Shown in pieces: positions 27,101-39,005 of a stretch of 64,000 bases of DNA (positions within the stretch are counted from its first letter, which is position 1; the number at the start of each line of letters is the position of its first letter). Location of the stretch: positions 13,208,001 to 13,272,000 of the forward strand of contig CM119372.1 in the NCBI GenBank assembly GCA_051294905.1. The letters run 5' to 3'. The translations under genes were made by a program, and so were the position numbers. Source of the stretch: Botryllus schlosseri. Lineage: Eukaryota. The notes beneath the pieces are model-generated. The model was not told the origin of the DNA. It searched no databases and saw only the letters and a list, made by a program, of their open reading frames with translations.

Positions 27101-30100
27101 ACCCCAAACGCGTAAATATATTTAACGTTTGATCGAATTGTTGAATATTTAAAAAGTTACGTTTTACAAACAACAAAAATCTGTCCTTTCTGGGCTATTT
27201 CGATGAAATTTTATATCAAACTTCTCCGCACAAGCATAAACATATGACGTTGGCTATAGCCTTAATACAGCATTTCTGTCAGTAAATATCACTTAGGCCT
27301 ACATTGCATTATACTAAGACTTAGTAGTAGTAACTAAGTAATAGAGATCGACCGATTATCGACATTTGGAACTTTCCCGATTATATCGTGGCCGATATTT
27401 TATATATAAAATTTTTTTAAATGTTGGAAATTCTACGCTCCGTGTTCTCAATCTCAAGAGATCAACGATGCAAAGAGCAATACGTGACATATTTACCCTG
27501 CATTACAATCTACCTCTACTTGGCTGATCTGCAATTCTGTATCACGTTTTGCTTTTTGGGTTATCCCAAATTTCAACGAATGCGCACAATTAAGCAATAA
27601 TTCTTTTTAATTTAAGTTTTCTCGTTTGTTGTTCAGATTTCTGTGGCATGTACAAGTGCCATTTTTGGCGAAATGGTTCTCTGCTCCTTCCATATTAATA
27701 TCGGCCTATGATATCGGTTATCAGCATTGTGAGAGTGTTGATAATCGGTAACGGCCGGCAAAAATCAATATCGGTCGATCTCTACTAAGTAGTGAGTACT
27801 TAGTATTTAGCATAGAGTATAGCCTGTGAGCAGTATTGTCTGCATTTAAACATATAATAACTATCGATTAATATCATCTATGTAGTTTTGAAATGGTGTG
27901 GAATCAAATTTGACGCAGTCTATCACTAGCCTATATGCATATGCATAAGCGCATTCCCTCAAAATGAAAATATTTGGTGACTTGAAATTTAACGGAAATC
28001 TGAAAATTTGAGATGACTTGACTTGCGTGATTTGAGAGATTCTGGAATGATTTGACTCAAGTCAAAATTTGCATGGACACGAAGTGACTTGCGTCTCGAA
28101 TGCAACGACCTGATCCCAACGCTGGAAACAAGTAGAAGTTTAAAGGCACGCAAAATTTGAAACACAAAGTACAAAAGGGTGACCTGCTCAGAGCGTCACA
28201 CTTGCCACATTTCAATTAATCTGTCCAGGAACTACTATTAATTAGAAATATAGAATATGCATAAGTCCCAACTTACATGTATCAATGGGTCGGAACATTG
28301 ATGACTTATCAATTATCATCGAAGTTGCCAACAGAATAGGATTTCACTCTGATATATAAACGAAGCTTGCCTTGGGCATAACAATCGTAGAATACATATC
28401 AAGTAAGCAAGCAGCAATTTACCTTATGCGCGACTTTGAGTTCTAGCTTCAACTCTTGAATTTGATTCCTGTACTCGGCCAATTTAATGTTGACAGCCTG
28501 CAATTTATCTTGCAGCTCATTGACGTTCGTCACCGGCGGCTCTGTTGAATCAGACGAATGTTGATTTACCGCCGGAGTTTGCGAGATAATGGCAATACCT
28601 GGATGGAGAGCAAGGGAATCTCTGGGGCTTGCCTTTTTTCTTGGCGAGACAGGCGCTTGTCCATGACCCTGAGTGTGCAATAAATGAATGTATGAAATTA
28701 TTGTATAACGCAATTTATAATTATATCATGGCTTGGCTTCCAAGATCATATATCGTTGAACTCTTTTATGATAAATGAAGTGTCAAACCCTATAGCTCAT
28801 TTGGAAAGGTAACAACTGCCAAAAGCTTAAACAACCATGAAGTATTAGGAAAAAACATAGCATTGTCACTGTCGTCTCCAAAAATGTCGACGATTGTATT
28901 AAGCTGGCTTTCTTCTGTTTCCCAACTGACACCAAACAAGAACACCAAATGGATGAATCTATTATTTGATGACGTTAAAAAATCTCTCGAAACCCTGACA
29001 ACATAATAGAATAACAAATATCAGCACACCAGTACAACAACAACATCAAAACAGATGACCTCCATCGCGTCACTCCACATATGAATGCACGTGCACCGCA
29101 AAGTGCTCGAGGTGGCGAAGGGTGAGCCATAACGAAATAAACCACCGTGACATTGCCGGTCCTGTGACCAACTGGAAACCGTCATGGTCAACCACAGAAG
29201 GTCACAACAAATTGATGAGAGGTGGTTGCATAAAGGAATAAATCATATTGCGAAAAATAAATCAGGACAGTTATAAGCGACACAACTTACGAATGTTACG
29301 TTCGTAGGTTCCACATGCAGAACGAGCCCTAACTCTCCCGACTAAGCCAATACAGTCAGAGGACATGATTAGGAAATAATCAAGAGATTACCTTATTGAC
29401 ATGAGTACCGTAGCGGCCAATTATTTTATGAACACAAAATTTTGCAATATCAGGAGCACAGGCGTCTCCAAAGATGTGAGAAGTCATCTGAAGTCAGATC
29501 TGCTGCCCATTGACATTTAAACATTCAAAATTGACATAATGCCCTAACGAGCGACGAATTGGGTATGAATATGATTAACAATTAGGATTAGCAAAATTGG
29601 CATTAGATGACGAAAAATATCGTCTCATGAAATTTTCCGCAATAACAGAAGTCTTGTTATTGCAACCAAGGAAAATTAACGTCAGTAGAATACACACAAT
29701 TTGTTCGAAGGGTTTTGTCGCAACCCTTAAAACAGCTAATTTATCATAAATTAACTGTTGGCTTTGTAATCCATGTAACGCATAAGAACTTGTTACTAAT
29801 AATAAGATGAAAATCATTTACATCAATAAATGGGTGGAAATTGGACACGGCCTTCAGGTGTCATTGTGCAACAATATCTGCACTTGGGGTAAGATTTACA
29901 ATATCCGGAAAGTTACAAGTACATCATTCAAATTGATGTCAGTGCTTTAGCCGATTCCTTCAACGGATATGGGCACAAATTTAGGCTGACTGGGAAGGAT
30001 GGCAGCGATATTCATCAAACAAGTCATAGGTTCACCACTGATAACCAATTGGTTTAGGAAAAACAAAGTACACATGAAGTTGGCAGCCCCATAAATAAGG

Positions 30101-33100
30101 AATGCACATGTGATAAAACTGGTAGAAGCTACCAGACAGGTGATTATCACCAAAGGTGTGGACCGATGTGCTGGACAACTCATCTCGGCAATTGCAGAAG
30201 ATAAAGTTGTAATTGTGTTGATACTGACAACAACAATCGATTTAGAATATACCGAACATTTGTATGCATCATGTAATAAAGTGCCTTGAGCACAGCCACA
30301 TCCATGAATTTTGCAATGACATGTAGATGGGTAATAATTGTGATCATGATCACAGAATAAACAATTACGGCGTAACAGACTCTCTTCTACGAGCCCATGA
30401 AGTTGCTGAGCTTGCATCTTTTGGAAGTCTTCAAATTTGAAGGGAGGATGAAGGTCTTGAAACAGGATACACGATGAACGTAGCTTCATTTCAGCAACAT
30501 ATCGATGCACCGAGCTTGAACCCATAGATGTAGAATTCACCTCTATTGCAGTTTTGCGCGGATTCTTCGAGTACATCTTGTGCAGTACGTTTAGATCAAC
30601 ATCTTCGGGTTCAAGTAAACAATCAGATTCATTGTTGACCGGACCAAATCGTGACCGAGTCAATGTTGTCTTCTTCTTGACAAATTCAACGAAATCGTTG
30701 GAATTTGGATTAACACTGGCTTCTTCCTGGTGAATTACAGGAGATGAAGGTGGAATAACGGGACATTGAGCAGGCTGCAGCAGCTCACAATTGTGAGTGC
30801 TAACTGTTGCAGGGTGCGGAGTACTATCAATGGACATTTCACAAGTGTGAAAGCCTCGATTAAAGTTGGTCGCATCAGCCGCCCCATTACGGGGGATCCT
30901 TGGAGGCTGACCGAACCAAGTATGTGATATAAGTGGCTGCGAAGCCAGCCCATTACTGGTGGTCGAGTATTGAGAAGTAGAGGACCATTTTGATTGCACA
31001 GCCGGCCCATTATAGGCTTCTGAGTACTGGCAACTGAATGGCAAATCTGGTTGCACAGCCGGCCCATTACAGGGGGCTGAGTACCGGTAATAAGATGTCT
31101 TTTCCGATAACGAACATCCTTCAACACACGTAGTAGGGCAAGTTGCAAAAATTTGACATTGCGTGGGAATGGCCAGAGTATTGAGAAAGTCTTCTGTGAG
31201 TGGTTCATAATTAATAGCATCGCCAACTGGCAGTTCTTTGTTATGGGCGTCATTACTATCCAAGCCGCAGAAACTTTTATGACTGGTCTCAGAAGCTAAT
31301 GATCCAAATTGTGACGAAACTGTTGCTTTATACCGTTCAAGTTTTGACTGAGCACTGAAAGGCTCCCGTTCCAACCTTTTCAAATTGTCTTCCCCTTGCG
31401 TCCACAATGTCCGTAAGTTGTCAAGTGACGTACTTACACTTTCAGCAGTAATAAGTTTACGGAATGTGTCATCAGCAATATTCTTTGTATATAGACATAG
31501 GTCATGAAATGACAAAATTCTTTCTAATATTAATTCGGCATGGACACTGCCCTCGGTTATCTTTCCTTTGATACCGGTAGTAAGATTGTTCAACTGGGTA
31601 TTTACTCGATAGAATGTCTCGTCGAGACTGTCTTTTGAAGATAGAACAGTTCGGGGAGTAGCTGCGCTCAAACATTCAGTAAAATAGGCATCGGCAGCGT
31701 GGAAGTCTCTTGCTAGACCGGCCAAGATATTGTCAGTGGCTTGCATATCAAAGCCACTGAGTGAAATCGCCTGATCGGCATCAAGGTCTTTTCTTGGACC
31801 AATAGTAATGTCATTGACTTGCGCATCAAAGTCTCTGACTCTTGATTGGAGCATTTGTAACGTAGGCAACACTCGATTTTTTAACCTTTGTCGTCTCCAA
31901 AAATGTCGACGATTGTATTAAGCTGGCTTTCTTCTGTTTCACAACTGACACCAAACAAGAACACCAAATGGATGAATCTATTATTTGATGACGTTAAAAA
32001 ATCTCTCGAAACCCTGACAACATAATAGAATAACAAATATCAGCACACCAGTACAACAACAACATCAAAACAGACGACCTCCATCGCGTCACTCCACATA
32101 TGAATGCACGTGCACCGCAAAGTGCTCGAGGTGGCGAAGGGTGAGCCATAACGAAATAAACCACCGTGACAGTCACGTCCTCCTAATAAATTATTATCTT
32201 TTGTTACAATGCCCATTGGAAAAAGTGAGAGCTGCAAAGGACAGGAAAACGGACCCTAGATTGAAAAGCCAACCGAGCCAGATCCGTCACAAAGCAGGTA
32301 GTTCGGCCACCAAATCACAGATAAAGACGTGGCTCGTGAATTACCTGGTTCGCTCGCTCCAGTTCAGCAATTCGTTTCAATAATTTCAATGACTTCGTTT
32401 TTTCAGCCTCCATTTCCGCAGTTAGCTCGCGATTTCGTTTTGACAAATCTACTATTTTCACAGCAGCAGTGTTAGACTGAGCCCCGGCATCTGTAAACAT
32501 ATCAACGACAATTTGTAAAATATGTATTAAGTCCATGCAGTGAGATCGCGGCTTGAGCCAATGACGTGACCGATTGAATTGAATTAGCAAAATTTACTAT
32601 ACAAATTTTAGAAGCGATAGCTTTCGTGTTTCCAAAATCTGACCTAATTGTTCTTGAGGATGGCCTACAATAGACCAATGCACCAATCCATCGAACAATT
32701 CATGATTAAATCACAAAGGCTGTTGTCAAAGAATGATTGATTGGTATTGTATTAATTTAATCATCGCTTTCTTAGACAGTCAAATGAAACAAAAATAAAC
32801 AAGACAAATTTTTGTAATATAGAACTCGGAAGAGATTTGAATTGTAATTAAATCTGAAACGGCAGTATTGTTGGTATATATCTATGCCAGTATTCATTCA
32901 AAGTCCTAAGTAATAATGTTCGAGTATGACTTAAGCAACGTTTTGTTCAAATTCAGTCGTGTTTTGAACACCTACGTTTTTTTAGATTTGTAATGCTGTA
33001 CATTGTAGTGTGCATCCTTTAAAGTCACTCTTGTCACATAGCACATAAAGAGGTCGTCATTATAAAGAAATTGTTTAAATGGTCGGGTGGTATGAATCTC

Positions 33101-36100
33101 ATATCACAGCCATGGAGAGGCGTTCTTAAATTGGCATTTTTGAGAAATACATGGCATTCTACATTCAGGACGAAAATGAAAATCTCAAATTTTCAATGCC
33201 AGTAATCGTTTTTTCTCAAACGACTTCCTCTCAAAATGCTTACATGGAAAGCTTGTCAAGAAATCAATTTTCAAGTTATACACTACTGGCAATACAACAA
33301 AATTTGTGAGTCGAATTGAGTTGACGTGAGGTCATTGAATCGACAGTTTCAGTACTCGATAAAACTAAGAAAACAAAGAAATGAATCGTACTTGCAAGTA
33401 ATTTTTTGTCGTCTTCCATCTTTGACACGGTCTTATTCAGTCTTCGTATTTCATATTCCTTCTCGGCCAATTGCTTTCGCAACCGGCCCGTCTCGTCTTT
33501 GAGTTCCCTAAAATAATCCAAATCGCAAAGGTGTCAAGATGATGACCAACAGCATGACCAGGTCTAATCTGTTGATATGGGCCATCGGTTCTCAACCTTT
33601 CAACTTCTAAAAAAATATTGCGGACTTGGAACCAAAAATTGACCCTAAATATAACTACAACAAATGCATGTAATTCAAATGTAACATTGTAAACTTGATT
33701 TAATGCTGCCTGTTCTTTGACGTTTGCCATTGCCAATATTATTATACTGCCAGGTGTTGCTTAACCCTTTGTGATCGGCCGGCCTACTGACCAAAATTTT
33801 ACTGCATCCATAAAAATGCAGATAAAATGCGATCCATAGGGCTTAAATCGACGCCCAATATATTGCCGTAAACCTGAAGTAGCCGCCTAGCGGACTGAGA
33901 CACTCGCACGGCTCAGACGCGAGAGGGAATGGCGTTATGCGAGGAAATGTTGTCAATTTTTTTTAAATGGAAGATGATTTTGTTCTTCAATTTATCCTGA
34001 CGTCATTCATATGGCTTCCATTGGTATATGAACACCTGATTGTTCTCCGCGTGAATCTCTACGTTCCAACGAGCTATTACACGCTACTATAACGCTTCAT
34101 AGCCCAGCGCTACGATATTGGAATGATAGAGAGGATGAGCATGACTCGCGCGGCCGCCGCTGATAAGTAATCGATTACGTAATCGCGTATTCTCGCTGAA
34201 GGCAACACGCGTGTCCACTGTCCAGTTCTAAGTAACATAATAGGCACTGCCCTGGCGACATTGCCTAAGTTATATATCTCCCTGCTATTCAAGTGCTATC
34301 AGTTTCAGTTGGTTATTGTGTGTAACTGCAATAAGGCAATCCAAGTGAACATATATTGGCTTATCCTTATTCGACAGTGCCCATATGCGCTTGGGAATTC
34401 ATTTTACACGATAAAGTATTGCTTCATTTCACAACCATTTGAACTGTCTTCTATAGCGCGAATGTTTTACGTATGATCAACACTATTCATAGAAGTCAAC
34501 AGTAACTTCCTATGCCATCTAAAACAGACATAGGCTGCGTCTATTTCATGTTGTTATTACAGGCTCGGCTACCGAAATAGCCTAACTCGCACGCTTATTT
34601 GTTCAGTGTTAGGGCTTGTGTCGGTTGTCTTATACAAAACTAAGCTCCATGATAGGGATATTGATGGATTTGCCAGGATAATGGCTACTTGATGCATAAT
34701 TTGCAATTGCCTGAAGCAATTATACATCTGTCTGAAACCGCAACCAGCCAGGTGCTCTTACGCAGCCATGATTTTCACGTGGCAAGGTATTGCTTTCTTT
34801 CACGTCAATTTGAAACATCTTCTATGCGCTAATCTTCGATATAAGGGCTTTCATACATGGTATAAACTACAACTGGTTATATGACGTCTAGAACGGAAGG
34901 TACAATGGTTTACATTTCAGGCGTTCATTCAAGCGAACATCGTTACGAATTCAATTTTGCTGGAAACGTTTTTGCGTTTTCAATCTTCATTTCAAATAGG
35001 ATATACATTGATATAATAGATTATAAATGGTCCGATGTATGCGTATTCATAAGAGCTATCCTTATAAAACGATTGTAACAGTTTATGACCAATACAGGTC
35101 CAGCTATCTTGGATTAAATAGCGACTGCTCTGTGTTAAACAGTGGCGGTCCAGTATAGGTACTGGACAGCCGGTCGCAAAGGGTTAATTGCGCTGTCCGA
35201 ATTTAATGAAGTTTGTTTAAAAGTATCCCTAGATCTCACGTCAAACTTGACCAAAACGAGTTGTAGGCTAACCTTAAACAGTGTCGTAGAAGACTTTCAG
35301 CGTTGTGACGTATGCCCAAAGTAGACCATGAACTCTCTAATACAAAACCATTCAGAAAATACGTTCCAAAATTCTAAACCAATTTAAAATTTGATATATT
35401 ATTTCCCTAATTAATGGAAAATCGTTCTAGCTGCTTGTATCCTGATATATTTTGCCGACCGGCAGGAAACTAGCCACGAACCGCAGGTTGAGAACCACTG
35501 ATACACCATCAGTGAGTAATTACCGAACTTCTTCCCGCATTCTTGTGTTCGCGTCCTCCAAGGCCGTGTGCAATCCCTCGATTGAACTTGTTGAAACGTT
35601 GGCTGTAGTCAGCTTGAGATCGTCGCCGAGACCGAAAGAAAAGCTATCCGACGGCTGCAATCGCATAACAATTCCATGAATTGTACGTATTCACTATCAA
35701 ATCAATTGTGAAGCTTGACATTTACTCAAGACTGGTTTCATTGTCATAGTGGGTAAATTGGAAATTACGGCCATACATCGGTTTCGGGGAAAATTGTGAT
35801 CCGTAGCTCTGCAATACCATCAACAATATCGATAAGCTTATCAATTTATATTATAGCAGTAGGGAAACTCCAAAGTATCCAAATCATTATATGTTGTTAT
35901 CAATGTCTGTGGAGAGTGAGCAGTGCTGAAAAAAAGTAGTCTACTCCACAAGAAGAATACATAGGTAAAGTTAGAATACTAAATATCTTGGCTACTTTTT
36001 CACTTTTAGACTAACAAAGAATGGCTTGTTCCACCTTTCCAGGACACAGCACATGCCGCAAATTATGAAGATTGAAGCTAGTCATAACCAAATGCCATGT

Positions 36101-37192
36101 TACCGTCACTCCACGTAACCGTGATTAATTTGATTCAGTCACTGGTGGAATACTATGTTTCTAAAAGAAATATATTTTGATGCACTAAAACAGTGGTTCT
36201 CAACCTTTAAGGCTTCGCGAACCCCTTTTTGACCGTCACGGCCCCTCTCAAGTTTTAGTTCAAATTTAGTTCAACTATAGTGCAACCGTCATCTGTCTTG
36301 TGCGAATATTATCTGTAGGCTTGTGACAAACAGCACCAAAATGACTTGATAATAACATCTTACTATTTATGTAGAAATTGTGTAGACTTTTAATATTTCA
36401 AATCTAACTACGTGGTCTTGAAAACCCGCCTCTTCGATTTGATGTGAACGGGTGGCGAAAATCCCTTTCCACAAAGATAGATGAGGCTAATGTAATATCA
36501 ACGCGTAACGCTTCCGACGACACTTTTGGTGTGATCGCAACATTTATGGTCCCATAGTGAAGAAACATATTTTAATGAACATATCACATCACATCCAGCG
36601 TAGTCATTTTTATCTGAAATAGCGGCTATGTATATCACAGGATAAAATGGATTTCGTGCCGAGGTTTCAATCCCTTCATTGGGAAAAATTAGGAAAATAC
36701 TTCAGGAGTTTTTATTTCAAACTACTTAACTAATTTGATGACACTGACTACGAAGTCACCCTGATTGATCTTACTATCTCCATATTTTTATTCTTTTCCA
36801 CAAACCGCAACAAAATGTCTCGAAAGAGCAATATGTTTGTATCAGTAGGTTATTGGCCTTTGGCAATTAGACTGAGTTTGCACGGTAGGATATTTAAAAT
36901 GATGCGAATATTCTGATGATATGAGTAATGAGGTTTTAGCAGTTGGAGGAAAACTGCCTGATGCTTTCCCTAATTTAAAATACTACAAATTCGGTTGACA
37001 ATCATTTTGCAAATTGAGAGGACTCGCGGACCCCACGGTTGAGAACCACTGCACTAAAACGATAATTAGGTGCTGTACCTGAACATTTTCGGACATCTTT
37101 TCCTGACTCTTCGATTTCATGATTTCCTTCATTTTCTGATGCTGCCGAGATTGAAGCTCCTGCAAGCGAGAGCGAATATCGCCGGAATCCAT
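15119..37192 (-). CDS. CCDC13: Coiled-coil domain-containing protein 13-like; 15 coding exons: 37192-37079, 35654-35524, 33507-33392, 32490-32345, 28668-28423, 26410-26295, 26228-26117, 25485-25366, 20160-20026, 18436-18317, 17368-17310, 17254-17132, 17069-16963, 15577-15486, 15265-15119
   Basis: All junctions are GT-AG and phase-compatible. Recognisable CCDC13 segments occur in order: [79 protein letters not shown]. Confidence 0.88.
15948..16197. mobile_element. MITE, TAGGGTTACC-TIR family
   Basis: tagggttaccata / tatggcaacccta flanked by a cataaaa duplication. Confidence 0.8.
19167..19503. mobile_element. hAT/Charlie-like MITE (CAGTGGTTCCCAAC)
   Basis: TIRs cagtggttcccaac / gttgggaacgtctg; exact TSD GTCTAAGT; a truncated relative starts at 17844. 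Confidence 0.85.
20607..20690 (-). repeat. Dispersed 3'-end fragment of a LINE/SINE family (also about 39180-39250, 52485-52600, 54095-54200, 55940-56050)
   Basis: Shared caccacaagactgcgatacaatgaaaagataggaaggtgtcgaaacgacttggagtagtctttg; on the minus strand some copies end in AATAAA(CTGAA)n. Confidence 0.65.
21467..23286. mobile_element. Non-autonomous TIR element interrupting the transposase relic
   Basis: TIRs tagggttatgac / gtcataacccta; TSD atgtaaag / gtgtaaag; the transposase reading resumes directly after it. Confidence 0.82.
21846..22259. mobile_element. MITE with CCGATA subterminal repeats (nested)
   Basis: TIRs tagagcccgac / gtcgggctcta; exact TSD GTATATTC. Confidence 0.88.
23401..23568. 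mobile_element. Small MITE with TIRs of about 33 bp at a TTAA site
   Basis: tatagataactaacatacggatagatacgcaac / gttgcgtatctatccgtaggttagttatctata. Confidence 0.75.
24195..24433 (+). mobile_element. Degenerate solo pLTR of the first Penelope family with a decayed hammerhead
   Basis: Aligns by eye with 5370-5595 plus the tail (ttatttataaccgaat..ctactagttg..tttgttattatt..aatttgat..tgatgag..cgaaa..ttttag..ttctgaag). Confidence 0.7.
24730..25273. mobile_element. hAT-like MITE with (GACTC)n subterminal repeats
   Basis: TIRs cagggttgcaa / ttacaaccccg; exact TSD ATAAGTTA; related degenerate pieces near 26553-26690 and 27975-28120. Confidence 0.85.
27342..27784. mobile_element. MITE with CCGAT subterminal repeats
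   Basis: TIRs tagagatcgaccgat / atcggtcgatctcta; TSD ctaagtaa / ctaagtag. Confidence 0.88.
28870..32171 (-). mobile_element. Non-autonomous LTR retrotransposon, BEL/Pao-like, in CCDC13 intron 4
   Basis: 283-bp TG..CA LTRs at 28870-29152 and 31889-32171 (2 mismatches seen); 5-bp TSD GTCAC; single long ORF; no RT, RNase H or integrase motifs seen. Confidence 0.9.
29947..31854 (-). CDS. Gag-like ORF (635 aa from first ATG) of the LTR element
   Basis: Uninterrupted ORF starting just inside the 5' LTR; helical N-terminus, Pro/Ser-rich repeats, Cys-His cluster [15 protein letters not shown]....TLLH resembling collapsed BEL/Pao gag knuckles. Confidence 0.65.
   Translation of the reverse strand: MLQSRVRDFDAQVNDITIGPRKDLDADQAISLSGFDMQATDNILAGLARDFHAADAYFTECLSAATPRTVLSSKDSLDETFYRVNTQLNNLTTGIKGKITEGSVHAELILERILSFHDLCLYTKNIADDTFRKLITAESVSTSLDNLRTLWTQGEDNLKRLEREPFSAQSKLERYKATVSSQFGSLASETSHKSFCGLDSNDAHNKELPVGDAINYEPLTEDFLNTLAIPTQCQIFATCPTTCVEGCSLSEKTSYYRYSAPCNGPAVQPDLPFSCQYSEAYNGPAVQSKWSSTSQYSTTSNGLASQPLISHTWFGQPPRIPRNGAADATNFNRGFHTCEMSIDSTPHPATVSTHNCELLQPAQCPVIPPSSPVIHQEEASVNPNSNDFVEFVKKKTTLTRSRFGPVNNESDCLLEPEDVDLNVLHKMYSKNPRKTAIEVNSTSMGSSSVHRYVAEMKLRSSCILFQDLHPPFKFEDFQKMQAQQLHGLVEESLLRRNCLFCDHDHNYYPSTCHCKIHGCGCAQGTLLHDAYKCSVYSKSIVVVSINTITTLSSAIAEMSCPAHRSTPLVIITCLVASTSFITCAFLIYGAANFMCTLFFLNQLVISGEPMTCLMNIAAILPSQPKFVPISVEGIG
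33583..35500. mobile_element. hAT/Charlie-like MITE containing a piggyBac-like element
   Basis: TIRs catcggttctcaacc / ggttgagaaccactg; TSD not clearly preserved. Confidence 0.65.
33765..35183. mobile_element. Non-autonomous piggyBac-like element
   Basis: TTAA|ccctttgtgatcggc ... gccggtcgcaaaggg|TTAA. Confidence 0.85.
36191..37051. mobile_element. hAT/Charlie-like MITE, CAGTGGTTCTCAACC family
   Basis: Perfect TIRs; exact TSD CACTAAAA; ends 27 bp from the CCDC13 exon-1 boundary. Confidence 0.9.
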
Positions 37193-37865
37193 TGCGGGCG
37201 CGATCTCTTTATATCGTTAGATATGATATGATTTCAAATGACTGCACTGTGTCTATTGCTCCATATATACTGAAATCAAAAGAGAAACAGATGAAAGCTG
37301 GTGCTGTGAGCGGCTGTGAAGTCGGGCAGCAGAAAGAGGACAGCCATAAAAGTCGCAGTCTGGATAATGATTGAAAAAAAAAATGTAAAAATAGTTGTAA
37401 GATGGCATAATTCCTAGTAACATTGCGACATCATCATTGTAGCCCCACAGGTCTACCGATTTGCAGGACATGAAATCTAACAAAATATTCATTCACATCC
37501 AGTTTATAACATTCCTGAATCATGCCAAATCTAGATTCTTTGCATACACAAATGCGTATCCCAGAGTGGAATTGGTGTCAACACCACACGCAATTTTCCG
37601 TTCAATTACATCATTATTCAGTACATGAACCCTTCTGTCACGCGCAACTTATTGCCGAAAACAACTACTGCTACCAGTCTGGGGCCAATCTATTGTTTCA
37701 GAACCCCAGAAATCGAGTCAAGATTTTTGAATGATTGGCACATAGGGTGAGTTGCACAACACACGAGTTTGGCAGTGGATCTAAGACGGAAATAAGTTTA
37801 CGACCACTCCATAATTTCATTGCAAACGTAAAAGCATTCGGATCACAGCTGGCAAGCACTGAGCG

Positions 37866-39005
37866 CTAGTTGAGCTGAAGAGTTACGGTGGCTTCTTCCT
37901 CATCGTCATCGCTATCAATGACAATTGCTTCCGTATCGGTGACATCCTTCTTTACTGCATCCTCTCCCGCTGTGAAAGTATTCTCGGAATTTTTCATCAC
38001 CCAGCTGAGCTTCGTTTCTGGCGTCGACTCGGTTACATTTTGATCCACTTCAATCTCTTCCTCTTCTGTTTCCGCGACAATTTTAACTTCGCTCATTTCA
38101 TATACGTTCGCTTCTTTGTCAACACTCACCAATGTGACTGATTTCGATGACGTCAAGGACGACTTCAAGTTTTGATCTTTCGCGACTTTGTCATTCTTGA
38201 TGGATTCCTTCACTAATTCAGTGAAGATTTTTGCTTTCTTGGTAGCGATATTGACGCATTTCAAGACGTGCTCACTGTTCACTTGGATGGATCCGCTCAT
38301 TTGAGTGCAGCAGACTTCGCGATGCTTGTTGACGGCAAGAATCAATTTTCCGTTGCAGCAATTCTCTTCGATTTTAGTCGGGTCGTTCAGTAAAATTGTA
38401 CCGTTGTCGAAAAAGGAGAAAGTTACACAAAACGGCTGATGATTGAACACGAGAGGAACGGGATTTTTTTCGTCAAAAGAATGTATTTGCACATCCTTAC
38501 CGATCACCGTCACATCAGGTCTCTTGAAATGTGACAACGCGGCGATAGCTGCGATTGCTGAGCAATCTAGCAAGTTTCCATCGTGTGAAAGAATTTGGAT
38601 GTAAAGGGATACATTCCAAGCCTGCTCACCTACACGTACGCACAGTTCTTCCAAGTCAACCGCTTTTGAAAATACGATAGATCGTTCTAGCAGCCTTTGT
38701 AATTCCACTCCCAATTCGCCAGGTTTTGTCGGATCAAAACTGGGTGATCCCATTGTTGACATTTCCACAAAAATACCCAGGTTACCTTCTTGCGGTCTGC
38801 TCTCTTTAGGTCTGTCCATTTCCGCGGAAACATGCGCTAATATTTTGGTTTTACCCAGTGTGACAATGCAAGTGCCATGGTCGAGTTTGTAAGAAATCGT
38901 GATGTCTCTGACAGTCTGTAAATTCCTTTTGTCCAGTCTCTTTCCCTCTTTGATACACTTTACTATGAAGTCGTACTCACATTTGGATAACGGTATCTCC
39001 CTCAT
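37866..39005 (-). CDS. EXOSC9: Exosome complex component RRP45 (RNase PH family), 379 aa, intronless
   Basis: MREIPLSKCE..RLDKR..LGKTKILA..RLLERS..AVDLEELC..HDGNLLDC..ALSHFKRPDVTV..P.CVTF match RRP45; acidic C-tail. First ATG at 39005 (the ORF track starts at an upstream GTG). Confidence 0.95.
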   Translation of the reverse strand: MREIPLSKCEYDFIVKCIKEGKRLDKRNLQTVRDITISYKLDHGTCIVTLGKTKILAHVSAEMDRPKESRPQEGNLGIFVEMSTMGSPSFDPTKPGELGVELQRLLERSIVFSKAVDLEELCVRVGEQAWNVSLYIQILSHDGNLLDCSAIAAIAALSHFKRPDVTVIGKDVQIHSFDEKNPVPLVFNHQPFCVTFSFFDNGTILLNDPTKIEENCCNGKLILAVNKHREVCCTQMSGSIQVNSEHVLKCVNIATKKAKIFTELVKESIKNDKVAKDQNLKSSLTSSKSVTLVSVDKEANVYEMSEVKIVAETEEEEIEVDQNVTESTPETKLSWVMKNSENTFTAGEDAVKKDVTDTEAIVIDSDDDEEEATVTLQLN

